A stretch of DNA of 64,000 bases, from NCBI GenBank assembly GCA_010093745.1, contig MU005992.1, forward strand, positions 62,001 to 126,000, read 5' to 3'. Positions 1-10,903 of this stretch are shown here, piece by piece; position 1 is the first letter of the stretch, and every line of letters starts with the position of its first letter. The notes below the pieces were generated by a model. That model saw nothing but the letters and a program-made list of their open reading frames with translations, made no database searches and was not told the DNA's origin. This DNA is from Piedraia hortae CBS 480.64. Taxonomy: Eukaryota. A program made the position numbers and the translations under genes.

Positions 1-1142
1 TTTAGGTAGTGGAGGTTATCGATATTCTCTGCCGTGACGACGTCATCGCTCTGGGTCGACGGTAGCGATGCGCGAACTTCCTCCCTTAGTTTGTTTTGCA
101 CTTGTGGGTGGTTGCACAGGGCGTACACGGCCCACGTCACGGCCGACGCCGTCGTCTCGTGTCCCGCGGCGAGGAAGGTCATCATCTGGTCCACACAGTC
201 ATCATCTGTAAACTGACCCGAACGCATCGCAATGGATAGGATATCCACGTCCTTTTCGTAAGACTTCTTCGCCCGTTTCTGCTGCACCTGCTCGTGCGCA
301 AACGCACGAATGGCGCTGGCCGCCCGTCTCGCGGCCACAAACTCCGGCAACGGTAGCGCAAAGGCGGCTTTCACGGGAAATTTGACGCCAATGATTGTCC
401 ATCGGAGAAGGGGTATATCTTCTTCAAAGAGAATGCGATATGTCCGCAAAAGCTCCGTGTCTGGTGTTGTGAGGGAGTCAAAGTCGTAGCCCATCCCAGA
501 CTGGCCGATGATGTCCAGCGTGACCCTGCTCGCCCATTCGTACGTGGACTGCGGCTTTCCGCTTCGTGCGGAGGCTGCGATGGCACCTGTCGATTGCTTC
601 GCTTTCTGCCAGAACAAAACGTACAGGTCTTTGATATGTCGGTATGAAAACGCAGGGAGGAGCGCTTTGCGCTGCGCTTTGTGCGCATCGCCATTCGCTA
701 CTAACACACCATCCCCGAGAAGCTTCCGGAACAGATAACTCACTTGGCCCGGCTTCTGGAAGTCGTACGGTTTTGTGACTAATATTTCTTTCATGGCGTC
801 GCTCGAGGTTACGAGGATGCGCTCCTGGTTGAACAACACCCGGAGGCGGATGAGGCCATTATTGGGTACACTCAAGAGCCACCGCCGTAATGGAGCGCCG
901 TTGTGCTCTGATTTGATAAACTTGCCGTGTGCCCATGGAAAGTTGTAGCGGCCTTCAGCCGGCTCCGGAAGGTTGCGAAAGGGGCTCGTATAGAAGGGGT
1001 AGATGACCAATTGATACACAGCGTATGCTGTCCAGACGGCCAGGACGGCCGCGAGGACATATCCTACATGTTCTGGGGAAGAGCGGAGGGCGAGATATCC
1101 CCCGCCTATGCTGGTAACGGTGAGAAGTCCGAGAGTTGACAT
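1..1142 (-). CDS. Cytochrome P450 (5' part; runs off the left edge)
   Basis: Manual translation from ATG at 1142 is open to the window edge: N-terminal anchor (MSTLGLLTVTSIGGGYLAL...VYQLVIYPFYTSPFRNLPEP), LLGDGVLVANGDAHKAQRKALLPAFS, I-helix DQMMTFLAAGHETTASAVTW, QNKLREEVR. Absent from the ORF track because there is no stop in the window. Confidence 0.93.
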   Translation of the reverse strand, partial: MSTLGLLTVTSIGGGYLALRSSPEHVGYVLAAVLAVWTAYAVYQLVIYPFYTSPFRNLPEPAEGRYNFPWAHGKFIKSEHNGAPLRRWLLSVPNNGLIRLRVLFNQERILVTSSDAMKEILVTKPYDFQKPGQVSYLFRKLLGDGVLVANGDAHKAQRKALLPAFSYRHIKDLYVLFWQKAKQSTGAIAASARSGKPQSTYEWASRVTLDIIGQSGMGYDFDSLTTPDTELLRTYRILFEEDIPLLRWTIIGVKFPVKAAFALPLPEFVAARRAASAIRAFAHEQVQQKRAKKSYEKDVDILSIAMRSGQFTDDDCVDQMMTFLAAGHETTASAVTWAVYALCNHPQVQNKLREEVRASLPSTQSDDVVTAENIDNLHYL

Positions 1143-3289
1143 GCCTCAAAATCTTCTATTCGTATTTGTCTGCTACTATTGTCGTTTTCCAGATGATTGT
1201 CTGCATCGATTTCATCGACACAAGTCATCTGGACAACCGGCGAACCGTTGGCTTCGTCAATACCGAGGGACACACCATTGGAGTCTTGTAATGACGCGTC
1301 GGAGACAATTTGTATCCGAACCCCGCGTGCAGAAGCAACTTCATTGCCGGCTTGCATCGTGCATGTCAGCTCATCTGGAAGACTGACGGACCTTCGCTTC
1401 GTGAATACCGAGGCACGCCATTTGACTCTGTGACGATGCGTTCGGGACGGGTGGTGTCCGAATCCCTTGAGCAGTAGCGTAAAAATTGTGCAAGGCAGCT
1501 CATCACTGTCTGCTGAAGACGAGGCAATTTCATTGCGTTCCTGCGTCCAAAATTTGACTGGTGGGGCGGTGATTGTGACGGGTGTTACGTTAACAGAGCC
1601 CTCTTATGCTTACAGCAGTTCATCGTTCCTGTGGCTTTTGCTTTTGCTTTATCACCTTGGTTGCTGGAAGCCTGGTTAATTGCTTCGCAACAAAGGATTG
1701 AGGGACGTGCCACGTAGGTATCTCACTTATCTACCTACAGATCTCACAGAGATTGTACGTGTACATTTATCCACGACTACCATACCAACAAATCAACACT
1801 CCTCCATCCCAGTCAGGGGATTATGGTCAAATCTTGGTATCAAGATGTTGGTCCAGTTGTGTTGAAACCTCTACTCACGATCCAATTAATGGAAGACTTT
1901 AGTGGATCCCAAGTACTGGTCGATGACCTGATCCTTTCGGTCGGCGGCTGCTCGGATGCTGGAACGACAGCTATTCTTGAATCGCTTGCACGCCTTACCC
2001 TCGCCTCTTGATGACACAATCCTGGGTTCTTCAAAGACGATTGTGGCCGACTCTGGATCTGTGTTGTGAATTGAAGATTGAAAGACGCACTGAGAGACGG
2101 TAAGCAATGCGCGTTAAACGTGTTGTCCAATACGGGGTGTGCCATCTCTATATACATGCTTTCCCCTGATGTCCCCATTATCCCTATAATTCCTAAAATC
2201 GTCCCAACTCCCTTACTCGTGCCAATCTATGCCTAACAAGTTGAACCATATAGTATGAAACCACCACAGCCGATTCATCTATTTCGGGCACCTCACGTCT
2301 GCGCTCTCACTTGGCAGATTCGAGGGTGCCCGTCCTTGAAAGTGGCAAAGGTGCGGGATGGTGCCTGCTTGTGGAAGTCCGTTCTTTCGATGGCAGTCTG
2401 TCATCTTCTGGTGAAGTCAATGAATGAGGGAGGAGTCCGGACCCTGGTTTCCCACTCCAAGATTTTGTCGCCCCCTGCAGCTAACACCCCAGTGATGGTG
2501 CACATCGTTGAGCAGATGTCAATGTGCGGCTGTGGCTTCACTATCATGGGACTGTTCAACATTTGCAGCAGTGAATGGAGATGGCTGACTTCGGTAATCC
2601 ACCCGTCTAGGCTCATACGCTGAATGGGCCTGGTGCTTCAGTCGGTGGTGGCGGATTTTCTGCTACTTTCCTTCGCCTTTTCAGCGACCTCAATGCATTG
2701 TGCATAGCTCTGCGATTCCTTACTGTTCACGGTGGGTGTAGGGGTAAAGCTGAACTAAAGGAGCTCCGTCGTAAAGGGACGAGTCAGAATGCCGTAGCGT
2801 AAGTCTGTGCGGCGTTGACAGCCGGGTTCATCGCTGTCGGAGGTTGCTCAAAGTCTCGTTTCGCTGGTTTGTCCAAGAGACAGTCACAAACGTCAGTCGT
2901 TTTCTCTTGTCACCCTCGAACGGGACGTCGCTGGCTCGGTGTTTGAGCCTTTCGCACGAGGTATTGAGCATGGGCCCAGCAAGCAGCTTGCTGCTAGGAA
3001 GAGGGTATTGAGATTTCAGCGAGTCGATCCAAGCACAGCTCGCTTGTCCGGAGGAGCATGCCTAGAGGGATGAATCACATGATCCAGAAAGTCTTCAGCA
3101 AAACTGGCATCGGTGTACGCGCTGAGGCCGCTGTTAGAAGCTCCGTCGAGTCTGCCAGAGATAAACGTGGAGACAATTGCCAGATGATGTGCTGCTTGAA
3201 CTAGGAACGGCCATACATCCGTCAACAACCCGTCGTCGACCATCCAAGTCCGGACGATTGTGCTGTTTTTGAAGGACCGGACGGACCGG

Positions 3290-3450
3290 TGCCGTGCGAA
3301 GAAAACCAATCTTGTGCGCGGCTACGCAGCTGGAGCGCCACGTATGCGCATTTGATGGCCTGTTCGCGGAGGTCGCTGTCTAGGAGTTCCTTGAGTCGCA
3401 CATGCATCAGAAACGCAGGGAGGTCTTGGGAGCGACCTGAAAAGGTGGTC
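3290..3450 (-). mobile_element. Degenerate Ty3/gypsy-like gag (capsid) fragment
   Basis: FSGRSQDLPAFLMHVRL...KCAYVALQLRSRAQDWF resembles the retrotransposon gag pattern F.G....L..FL...K..Y....L.G.A..W; truncated. Confidence 0.55.
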
Positions 3451-4329
3451 CCGCCCTCTGCGGACACTTCGAAACTAGTTGACTTACTATCCATTGATTC
3501 CTCGGTTGCCTCAGGTTCCTCGTCACTATCGTCAGAGTATTCTTCGTCCGACGGCTGGGTGTGTGGCCAAAAACCAGCTTCCAGCCGCTCGTGAGGCGGT
3601 GTGTGTGGGGGATGGTTTCTGCTTGCGACATTCGGCAAGGTTTTGCTCTGGGCATCTTGGCACCGGGCAAGAATTTCGCGGCGTTGCGTCTCTCAGCCAC
3701 GATTCGCGGTACTGTACCGGGGCCTTTAGATTCCATTTGACTGGACTCTGTGCTCACTTTCAAGGACTGGAGACTGAGAGTTTCTTGCCAAACCGCGGTG
3801 TATTCTCTCCAGATGGCGGACCAGATTTGTTTTCGTGTTGTTTTTGTTATTGTTGTATTCAAGGCAGTGTCTCTATCCATCCATGCCCTGGGCGACTTCC
3901 ATAGACGTCTGACTCGTCGATTGGTTCTGCGAAACATCCATAGAGACTTGACACATTGATTGGTTTCGTTTGGATAGTCTTGAAATTGACTTCGCATTGC
4001 CTTCTCGTATTTTCGAGTGATTAAGTGGTCTTCCTATCGGTTATCCTGCATACCCGACCGTCAGATCTTCGGGCTCGGTGACATGCTGGTTAGCCAGTGT
4101 GCATGAATGTTCCATGATAGAGTTGATTGGGTGGCGTGGGTGGTTTTCCTGGCTACATAGCCAGGAGTATTGCCCGTGATGACTAGCATCTTGGTAGACA
4201 TATTGTTGATATCCGCATCGACATTGGCATTCTTTGTTATTAGAGTTTGGGACTGCTCATGTCCAGATGTTACTCAACCTGTTCGACCCATGTCGCCCAG
4301 TCCTCCTTCCGTTCGGGTTTTGAGATATC

Positions 4330-5100
4330 GGCGATCAAATTTAATTTGGTCGAGGCGAGTGAAGAGATTGCGTCGGTAGGCATTATGGGCTCAAATTTTT
4401 CGCGCTCCCCTAGCTCATAATCTGATAAGACAGTGTTGTAAATTCCAGCAACTCCAACTTGGAGCTGTTTCCCTAGGGCGTAATGACAATGTGCGGGCCC
4501 TTAACAGTCTTCAGTACTGTTTTGGCATGGATTTGACTATGTGCTTCATGACCTTACTTAAAACATCAAGAACAGATTTGATACGCTTTCTAGCTCTCTT
4601 TAGGTTAATCAAACATGCGGCCAAGGCATGCTTGGTTTCCAGAGAAGCGCGATGGCGGCGTCCTAGTCACATTCAATTCCCAGCATAAGCTTCTTGGTAT
4701 AGTGGAATAGCCAGCTCATTTTGACCGTGATCAGCATAGTTCATAGCAACGTAGTAAATGGCCCTCAGCAGGAGCCGGTGCGTTTGGTGAAGCATCTTAC
4801 GATAGCCCTCAATAGCCACCAGGTAGCATAACCTTGCAGATCTATAGCTGAGACGCTTCCAGGCATTGCCCAGGTCGATGGCTATCTCCAATGTTCCAAA
4901 ATGTGCCAGATCCTGCGAGTTCAAGCGTTGTTCAAAGGCTCTCCAATACAGCTCTTCCACGCTGGTCATTTCTCCTTAGCAAGTAAAAAACATTTTGCGA
5001 GCTCGTAGGCCGCATTTGCTGGTGGGTCACTGTTCGCGCTATGTTCTTTCTCTCTGCTAGCAAGGGAAGACTCTAGCAGTACAGGCTGGGAAGCGCCTCT
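4330..5100 (-). pseudogene. Decayed TPR-repeat (TPR_10/TPR_12-type) gene
   Basis: LLESSLASREKEHSANSDPPANAAYELAKCF, EELYWRAFEQRLNSQDLAHFGTLEIAIDLGNAW, AIEGYRKMLHQTHRLLLRAIYYVAMNY..GQNELAIPLYQEAYAG*.LGRRHRASLETKHALA: about 42-aa repeats broken by stops and frameshifts. Confidence 0.7.
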
Positions 5101-6448
5101 TTAATGCTGATTGGGCAGATAGGTGGTCTTGAATTTCTCTCCTCCAAGGAAAATACAGGAAGAATATCGACAAAGGGGATGCCCGGAGTGTAGCGGGCTA
5201 GGGTAGATCTCTCATAATTGTGCCAACCATTTCCAGCGCTATATGTCACAGTATCTAGGGCTTGTCTTGAATCAAGGCAAGCCTTTTGATACTGATTTAT
5301 TGCTAGGAAGAATCCCGTGGACCACCCTTATGTAAGCATACGGAAAGTCTGTCAGACGCCTGCGTTAGGGTAGATAGGGCACCGGACTCTCCAGGCTTTT
5401 ACCTCATGGAGGATGTTTCCCCTGGAGCGTGGTTACGTGAAAGGACGTTGTCACGGCGGATGCGGTGCGGGCCGGGAAGAGAATTAGAGCAGTCTTGCAG
5501 TGCAAGCCTTCTCTGGACTTCAGACGGATTTCATAGTGAGGTTTCTCACAGACTGTTGACTGCGTCACCATTCACCAATCTCGAAGTGATGTGAGTAGAT
5601 TCCTCCCCTCCTTCCGATAAAGTCCCTACGTCACAAGATCTTGTCTTGATCCAATCAGAAGACGCCAATAATGAGCGCTTCTGTCATCTCGCGCATCCAA
5701 GATCTCTGCTTGTCCGCCGCGACTGCTGTACCTTGGTTAGCTTGTTCGCTTGATTGTAAACATGTAGAGGATTAGGTAGACTTGACGCGTTGAGGATCAC
5801 GACAGTCGAGATTATGGGCAGGGTTGTGTTTTGAATAGAAAGATTGGACAACTGTGGAGGGGTGAAAAGATAAATTATAAGTCACTCTTCTTTCTCTCAA
5901 GGACTGACTTTATATACAATAAATTCCGATGCTCCCAGCCTTCCGTTGAGGAGCCCAACCTCTTTCCAACCTCTTCGCCAGCCTTTTATCTGGCCACCCT
6001 AACCTCTGCATATTATTTGTCTTAGTGCGTAGGGCAAGTTGGTGCTGGAAGCTACCGAGAAGCAACATGACCAGCGTCGGCTTAGTCACAACAGGTTGCC
6101 GACTTCTCAACCCTCTGATTGGCTGTCGAAGCAGACGGCTGAGAAATTAGCTTTTCGCAAAAATCCCGGGGGACAACAGGTGGGTCCAACACGTGCACTG
6201 AACGCACCGAATTTCTACCCCAGAAAATCCAAGAAAATACGCTTTCCGCAAAAGACCGGGTGCACACAACGGGCCATAGCAGTCAATCAACTTTGGGAGT
6301 AGCCATGTGGCTTTGTACTCTCATTCCCTCATCTTTATCCTATCTTGTTTCGAAGACCAACTCGTTACACCCTAGAGAGATAGACGTGGCCGCATCCACA
6401 GCTCACTGCTACAACTTTTTGGTGTAACTTCCGACCAGCACGAAAATC

Positions 6449-7671
6449 ATGTTGGTTGATCGGAGATATATTTCCACGGAGACTGCGCTACAGATAGCGA
6501 GCTACCTTGAAGATAACCATGGCTCATTGCTGAACTTCATCCTGGTCTGTAAGAATTGAACAGATATAGGTATGGGTGTGCTTTGGAATAACGTTAGCTC
6601 TGATGTCTTTGCCAAGATCACCTCTGTCGAACGGAGGCAATTCTATGCGAACAAGGTGCGACATCTAGACATTGAGACAACTCGACATCGGATGCATAAA
6701 GAAACAAACCTTCTATTGTTCCCGCGGCTTAAACGGATTGAGGTTTATTTAAGCCCCGCAGTCTATAAAGAGAATCCTGTGAGTCAATACCTACAGCCAA
6801 ACCTGCAGGAATTAAGATTCGTACTAAAGCCTCCCACATTCGGCTGGAAGATAGACCTTGAGATTTTTGACGTCAATCTTCCTGCTCGCTGTCCTCGATT
6901 AAAGCATCTGAGCCTCAGTCATGATTTACTTAATCGGAATAACGTCGATTTATTCGGTCTATTGGATACATTCCAACATATTGAACTGTTGAATGTTCCT
7001 GGACTCAATATAGATGACAATGAGGCAAGTTCACCCAGTATACCAGGCTTCGAAGGTTCGCTGCATCTGGGCGCCCCTTCCAATGGCGTCAAAGGCTTGC
7101 TTCATTGAACGAACCTACTTTTCCCAATCTCACGCACTTGCATATTCGTTTCCCCAGAAATTTCGTGCCTCCCATTTCAACTATATTTGGAACTCGGCTG
7201 CAGTCCCTTGCGATTCAAGTCGATATCAAACCTGACGACCAACTCTTCGGAAAGCTTGGTAATCTGCTTGCTCTCCAGTTCTTAAGTGTCGGAATCAATT
7301 CTAAGGAGGGTGCACTTGACTCAAATGATTTTGTTAGTCTCACATCTGAAGTCTCTCGAAATCCTAACTGTCTATCTCCCTCAGGCACTAGTTCTATTAC
7401 TATTCCCGATTTACGAGACGAACACTTAGTCAGCATATTCGAAAATATGCCAAAACTAGAATCATTTAGGTTGCACAGCGCTACTCTTCGCCCCATTGGC
7501 ATCAAAAAATCTACAGCACTAGGCAGAGCATGTCCCAAATTAGGTCATGTAATCTTCCCAGCAAATGTAGTTATGTGTCTTCTACCCGGGCCCGATTTTC
7601 CCATGCCTCAGGGTTTGGGTTACAGACGAAATTCTGCCTGGAAAGTGAGTATCGTCACCACAATAAGATAA
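6449..7671 (+). pseudogene. F-box/LRR-like pseudogene
   Basis: ATG 6449 MLVDRRYISTETALQIASYLEDNHGSLLNFILVCKN*TDIGMGVLW is an F-box with TGA (6557-6559) at the usual Trp position. LRR-like segments follow (FPRLKRIEV, CPRLKHLSL, FPNLTHLHI, MPKLESFRL) with a frame change near 7050-7105. Confidence 0.75.
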
Positions 7672-8388
7672 GAACGCAAAATCTCGAAGCTAACTGGTTA
7701 CTGCGCAGTATCATTAATGAATCCGAGGGGGAGATGGCCGCCAGAGTCAGTGCCCGCAAACCCAAGTTGCACGCACCAGATCTAGGGTCTATATGCGCCA
7801 AGAGTAGTTCTATGTGTTCGAATGTTAATCAGTATCTTACGGCTCAAGGTTCGCGCAAGACAGTGTAATAGTGTCATGCCTTTGGGCTATGAGGAGAGCC
7901 CCAAGGAAACTTTGTCAAATATGTAGCGATTCTTGGAATCAAAATGTATCATCGTTCTAATAGGCCCTTTTCATATACCAGAGCTCCGAAATTTAGCAGT
8001 TCCCGCATTCTGAGCAGCCCTACATTCTTCACAAGGTCACACCAGGCACATCGTACGGAATGTGGAAAACTCCGTGATGATCAATACAACCTCCCCTTGT
8101 CTTCCTATCTCTCGGGCAGTCCCTCTATAGAAGAGGGCGTCTGACTGGCAAACACCACAAACAACGTTGCCGACAACCGTCTCAAATGTAATTGCATTTT
8201 ACACTCATCCCACCTCCACTACTATGATCGCACACTAAACACATCAAGTTCGTCTCACAAGACACTCGTAAACTGCATCATATCTCCCTCCAAAGTCATC
8301 ACCATAAGCCCTTTGAATCAAAACTACATTCTGACCTCATTGAACCTGGTAGTATATATTCACTTGTGCCACGTGTCTTCATATAAAT

Positions 8389-8485
8389 GGGCTTGTGGTC
8401 TAGCGGTATGACATCTTCTTAGCATTGTGGCGATTAGTCATATGTGAAGTGGAGAAGGTTCCGCGTTCGACTCGCGGCTAGTCCA
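8389..8485 (+). tRNA. tRNA-Ala(AGC) with 25-nt intron (8425-8449)
   Basis: Acceptor GGGCTTG/CTAGTCC-A with G3:U70 Ala identity pair, D arm GTC..GAC, anticodon stem TCTTC/GGAGA around TT-AGC-A, T arm CCGCG-TTCGACT-CGCGG. Intron sits after position 37. Confidence 0.95.
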
Positions 8486-8486
8486 G

Positions 8487-8494
8487 TTTTTTTT
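8487..8494 (+). terminator. Pol III oligo-T terminator
   Basis: T8 run directly after the tRNA 3' end. Confidence 0.85.
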
Positions 8495-9459
8495 GTCATT
8501 TGGGTTCGCTTCACAGCATGAACAACTCTGTTTGCTGGGCTAGATTCCTCCTTTTGAAACATTCGCGGTAATGGTTTTCGTGAAGGATGAGTGCTGGGCA
8601 GAATTATTTCCGACTCGCAAAGGTATTTCGCACACAAAGACAGAGGTGAATGTGGTGATTTTGGTTTGCAGTTACTCATTCCATCAATGCCTTATATTAT
8701 TCTACATTCTTCGTGAGTGAAGTGCCTCAGAACCGTCTACATAGGTGTAGAAATGTTTTATGTACAATCTTTCTTCCTAAGCAACATCCATCAAGGCTTC
8801 AATTGTAATCTCTGGGTCGCACCACAGGCCTGGGTTGTCCTTAAACTGCCAAAATCTGAGTCACGTTGACTCGTCCTTGCAGGCCTCCAAGTTCAGGACG
8901 ATGGTCCACAAAACGTCTTTTGATTGACCCGAACAAATCGAAAATTCCAATTGCAGCGTACCTAAGCGTCTTTGTGCACCAGAAAAAACGAGCATGGTCG
9001 TATTCCTCTCGGCTGATCAAATTGTTGACCTCTCGGGGCCAGTCAGCTTCCTCGGCTTCCATCAAAGCCGCCGGTCGTGTTGAAGCCAAAGCGACTGTAG
9101 GGCATTGTCTACAGGACATGTGTTGGTGGCTTGAAACTGCTCGTTCGGGGCATCTGATCAAGTCTGCGTCATGGCGCTGGTAATGGACACATGATGGCGT
9201 GCATGGTCCGCCTCCACCCAGTAACATGCGTTCTTATCGCGATTGGCACAGCCGCCAGCTGCGCAAACCTGCGTTGGCAAGGAGCTTGGGAATGACTGTC
9301 GTCGTCCAAGAAGGCTATTACATTGCTCTATCATTCATTCTACTGCCGCAGTTTACCCTTCCTTCGATCCATTGTTTCGTTGAAGGTTAATGTTTGTGCC
9401 TTGGCGATCATTTCAGCTCTACCTTCCATCTTTCTCCGCACATCTTGCGTCTTTCTCTT

Positions 9460-9600
9460 GCAATCAATGTCGAGCCACAGATGGTGTGGGAAGTTGGACG
9501 AAACACACAGGTTGCGTGCCATTTCCACGATAGTGCACCCGCTCCGCTCGGTGTGCCCGTTCTGAGCTTGTGTAGAAACAGTTGCCAAGATATGTGATGA
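9460..9600 (-). mobile_element. Ty1/copia-like integrase fragment
   Basis: TVSTQAQNGHTERSGCTIVEMARNLCVSSNFPHHLW matches the copia integrase pattern T..QNG.AER....I.E.AR......LP..LW. Confidence 0.75.
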
Positions 9601-9629
9601 TCATGGAGCAATCCTCGCCAGCTAAAAAC

Positions 9630-10050
9630 TGTTTAACACATCGGACTCGTGGTCGGTAATCACAGTTATGTCAACCTCCTCGACGCATGTATGCCATTGT
9701 TGAATTGAGAAGTCCTTGTTCCTGTGCTGTGTATAGTGTCTGGGTGTCGGTGAGTTTTCTTGGAGACATAGGCCACGAGGTCGAGAGTTTCCCTGTTGTC
9801 GGTCAGCGGCCTTTGTTGGTGTTTTGGGCTTGATCACCCCCCAGAAAGATGACTCAAGCCGGCCGTTTTCCACTTCTTTGAGGTTTGAACTGAGGGTGTG
9901 GCGGATGCTGTCTACCTGCCGTCCCACAAAACGGACATCTTTGCTTGGGAGCAGCTCGTTGAAGTCTTCTTCTTCGGCAAAGGAGGCTTCCTCCTCCCAT
10001 ACTGGTTGCGCATTCCGGGTGAAACTGTGGCTAAGAGATTGATAGCATCC
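9630..10050 (-). mobile_element. Ty3/gypsy-like RT connection/RNase H fragment
   Basis: Across frameshifts: FTRNAQPVWEEE...EEDFNEL, LVAYVSKK/LTDTQTLYTAQEQGLL, QWHTCVEEVDITVITDHES; compare VAY.SKKL...E..Y...E.ELL and W..YL....TV.TDH.SL. Confidence 0.7.
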
Positions 10051-10903
10051 ACCGTCTACTGATCCATCGTCCGGCAAATCCAGGCGAAGTGCAGCGTGTG
10101 GGAAAAGCAGGGTGATCCAAGGGACATGTACCTTGTTATTGGAGCGCAGGCGGAGTGGTTGGCAGCAAGTATCAAAGCTCAAGGCCAGAGAGCGGGCGGG
10201 AATCCTTGATTCGAAAAAATGATGTAGTGTCGGCGGGTCAATGCCCACCTAGAAGACGTCGCCCCAGCGCATGCAAATGACAAAAGCCCGCTCAAGTCGA
10301 AGGCTGCCCTCCAAAGACTGGGTTGTTGCAGGTGAAGCGATGGCTTTGAGTCACGCTGAGACATCCCGCCTTTGTTGGCCTCCTGTGGCGTTGTGCAGCA
10401 GACTGGAGCTATGGTCAAGATGAGGAGTTGCACATCTAATACCGTGTCGCTTACGTGTGTAAGCGAGGGACATATTCTGGGATACACGCGGCTGGGTCCT
10501 GGCTAGTACAGTGCCGGGCACCGCTCATCCACTACCACCCGCATATCCTAGTGGTGGTGAATGAAGAGGGTAGTGGATGAATGTACGAAAGGTGGATTGC
10601 AGCAGCGTGCAAGTTTTAAAGTCGGTGCTCAGGGGAAATTTCTTGGCACGCCAAGACCAACCCCAACTTCGAGATTGGACCAATCACGAGCAGCAGGAGC
10701 GCCAACTGGGCGATTGAAGTTGGCTTCGATGGAAACGAGGTTCTAGAAACCCAAGTTTCACGTCCCGGACGCTGATATGAAAACGCGCGGTGACTTTTCC
10801 CACTTGGAGAGGGGTCGGCACTGCAATTTTCCATTGCAAGAAACGTGAGACCCCCTTTGTTTATTCTTTCGGATCACTATCTGCCTGACTTCCCTCCCAT
10901 CAT

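Noticed and set aside
6150..6260. Degenerate ~20-bp direct repeat (GCTTT.CGCAAAA..CCGGG) about 91 bp apart
   Set aside because: Only two imperfect copies; not an array or a supportable LTR.
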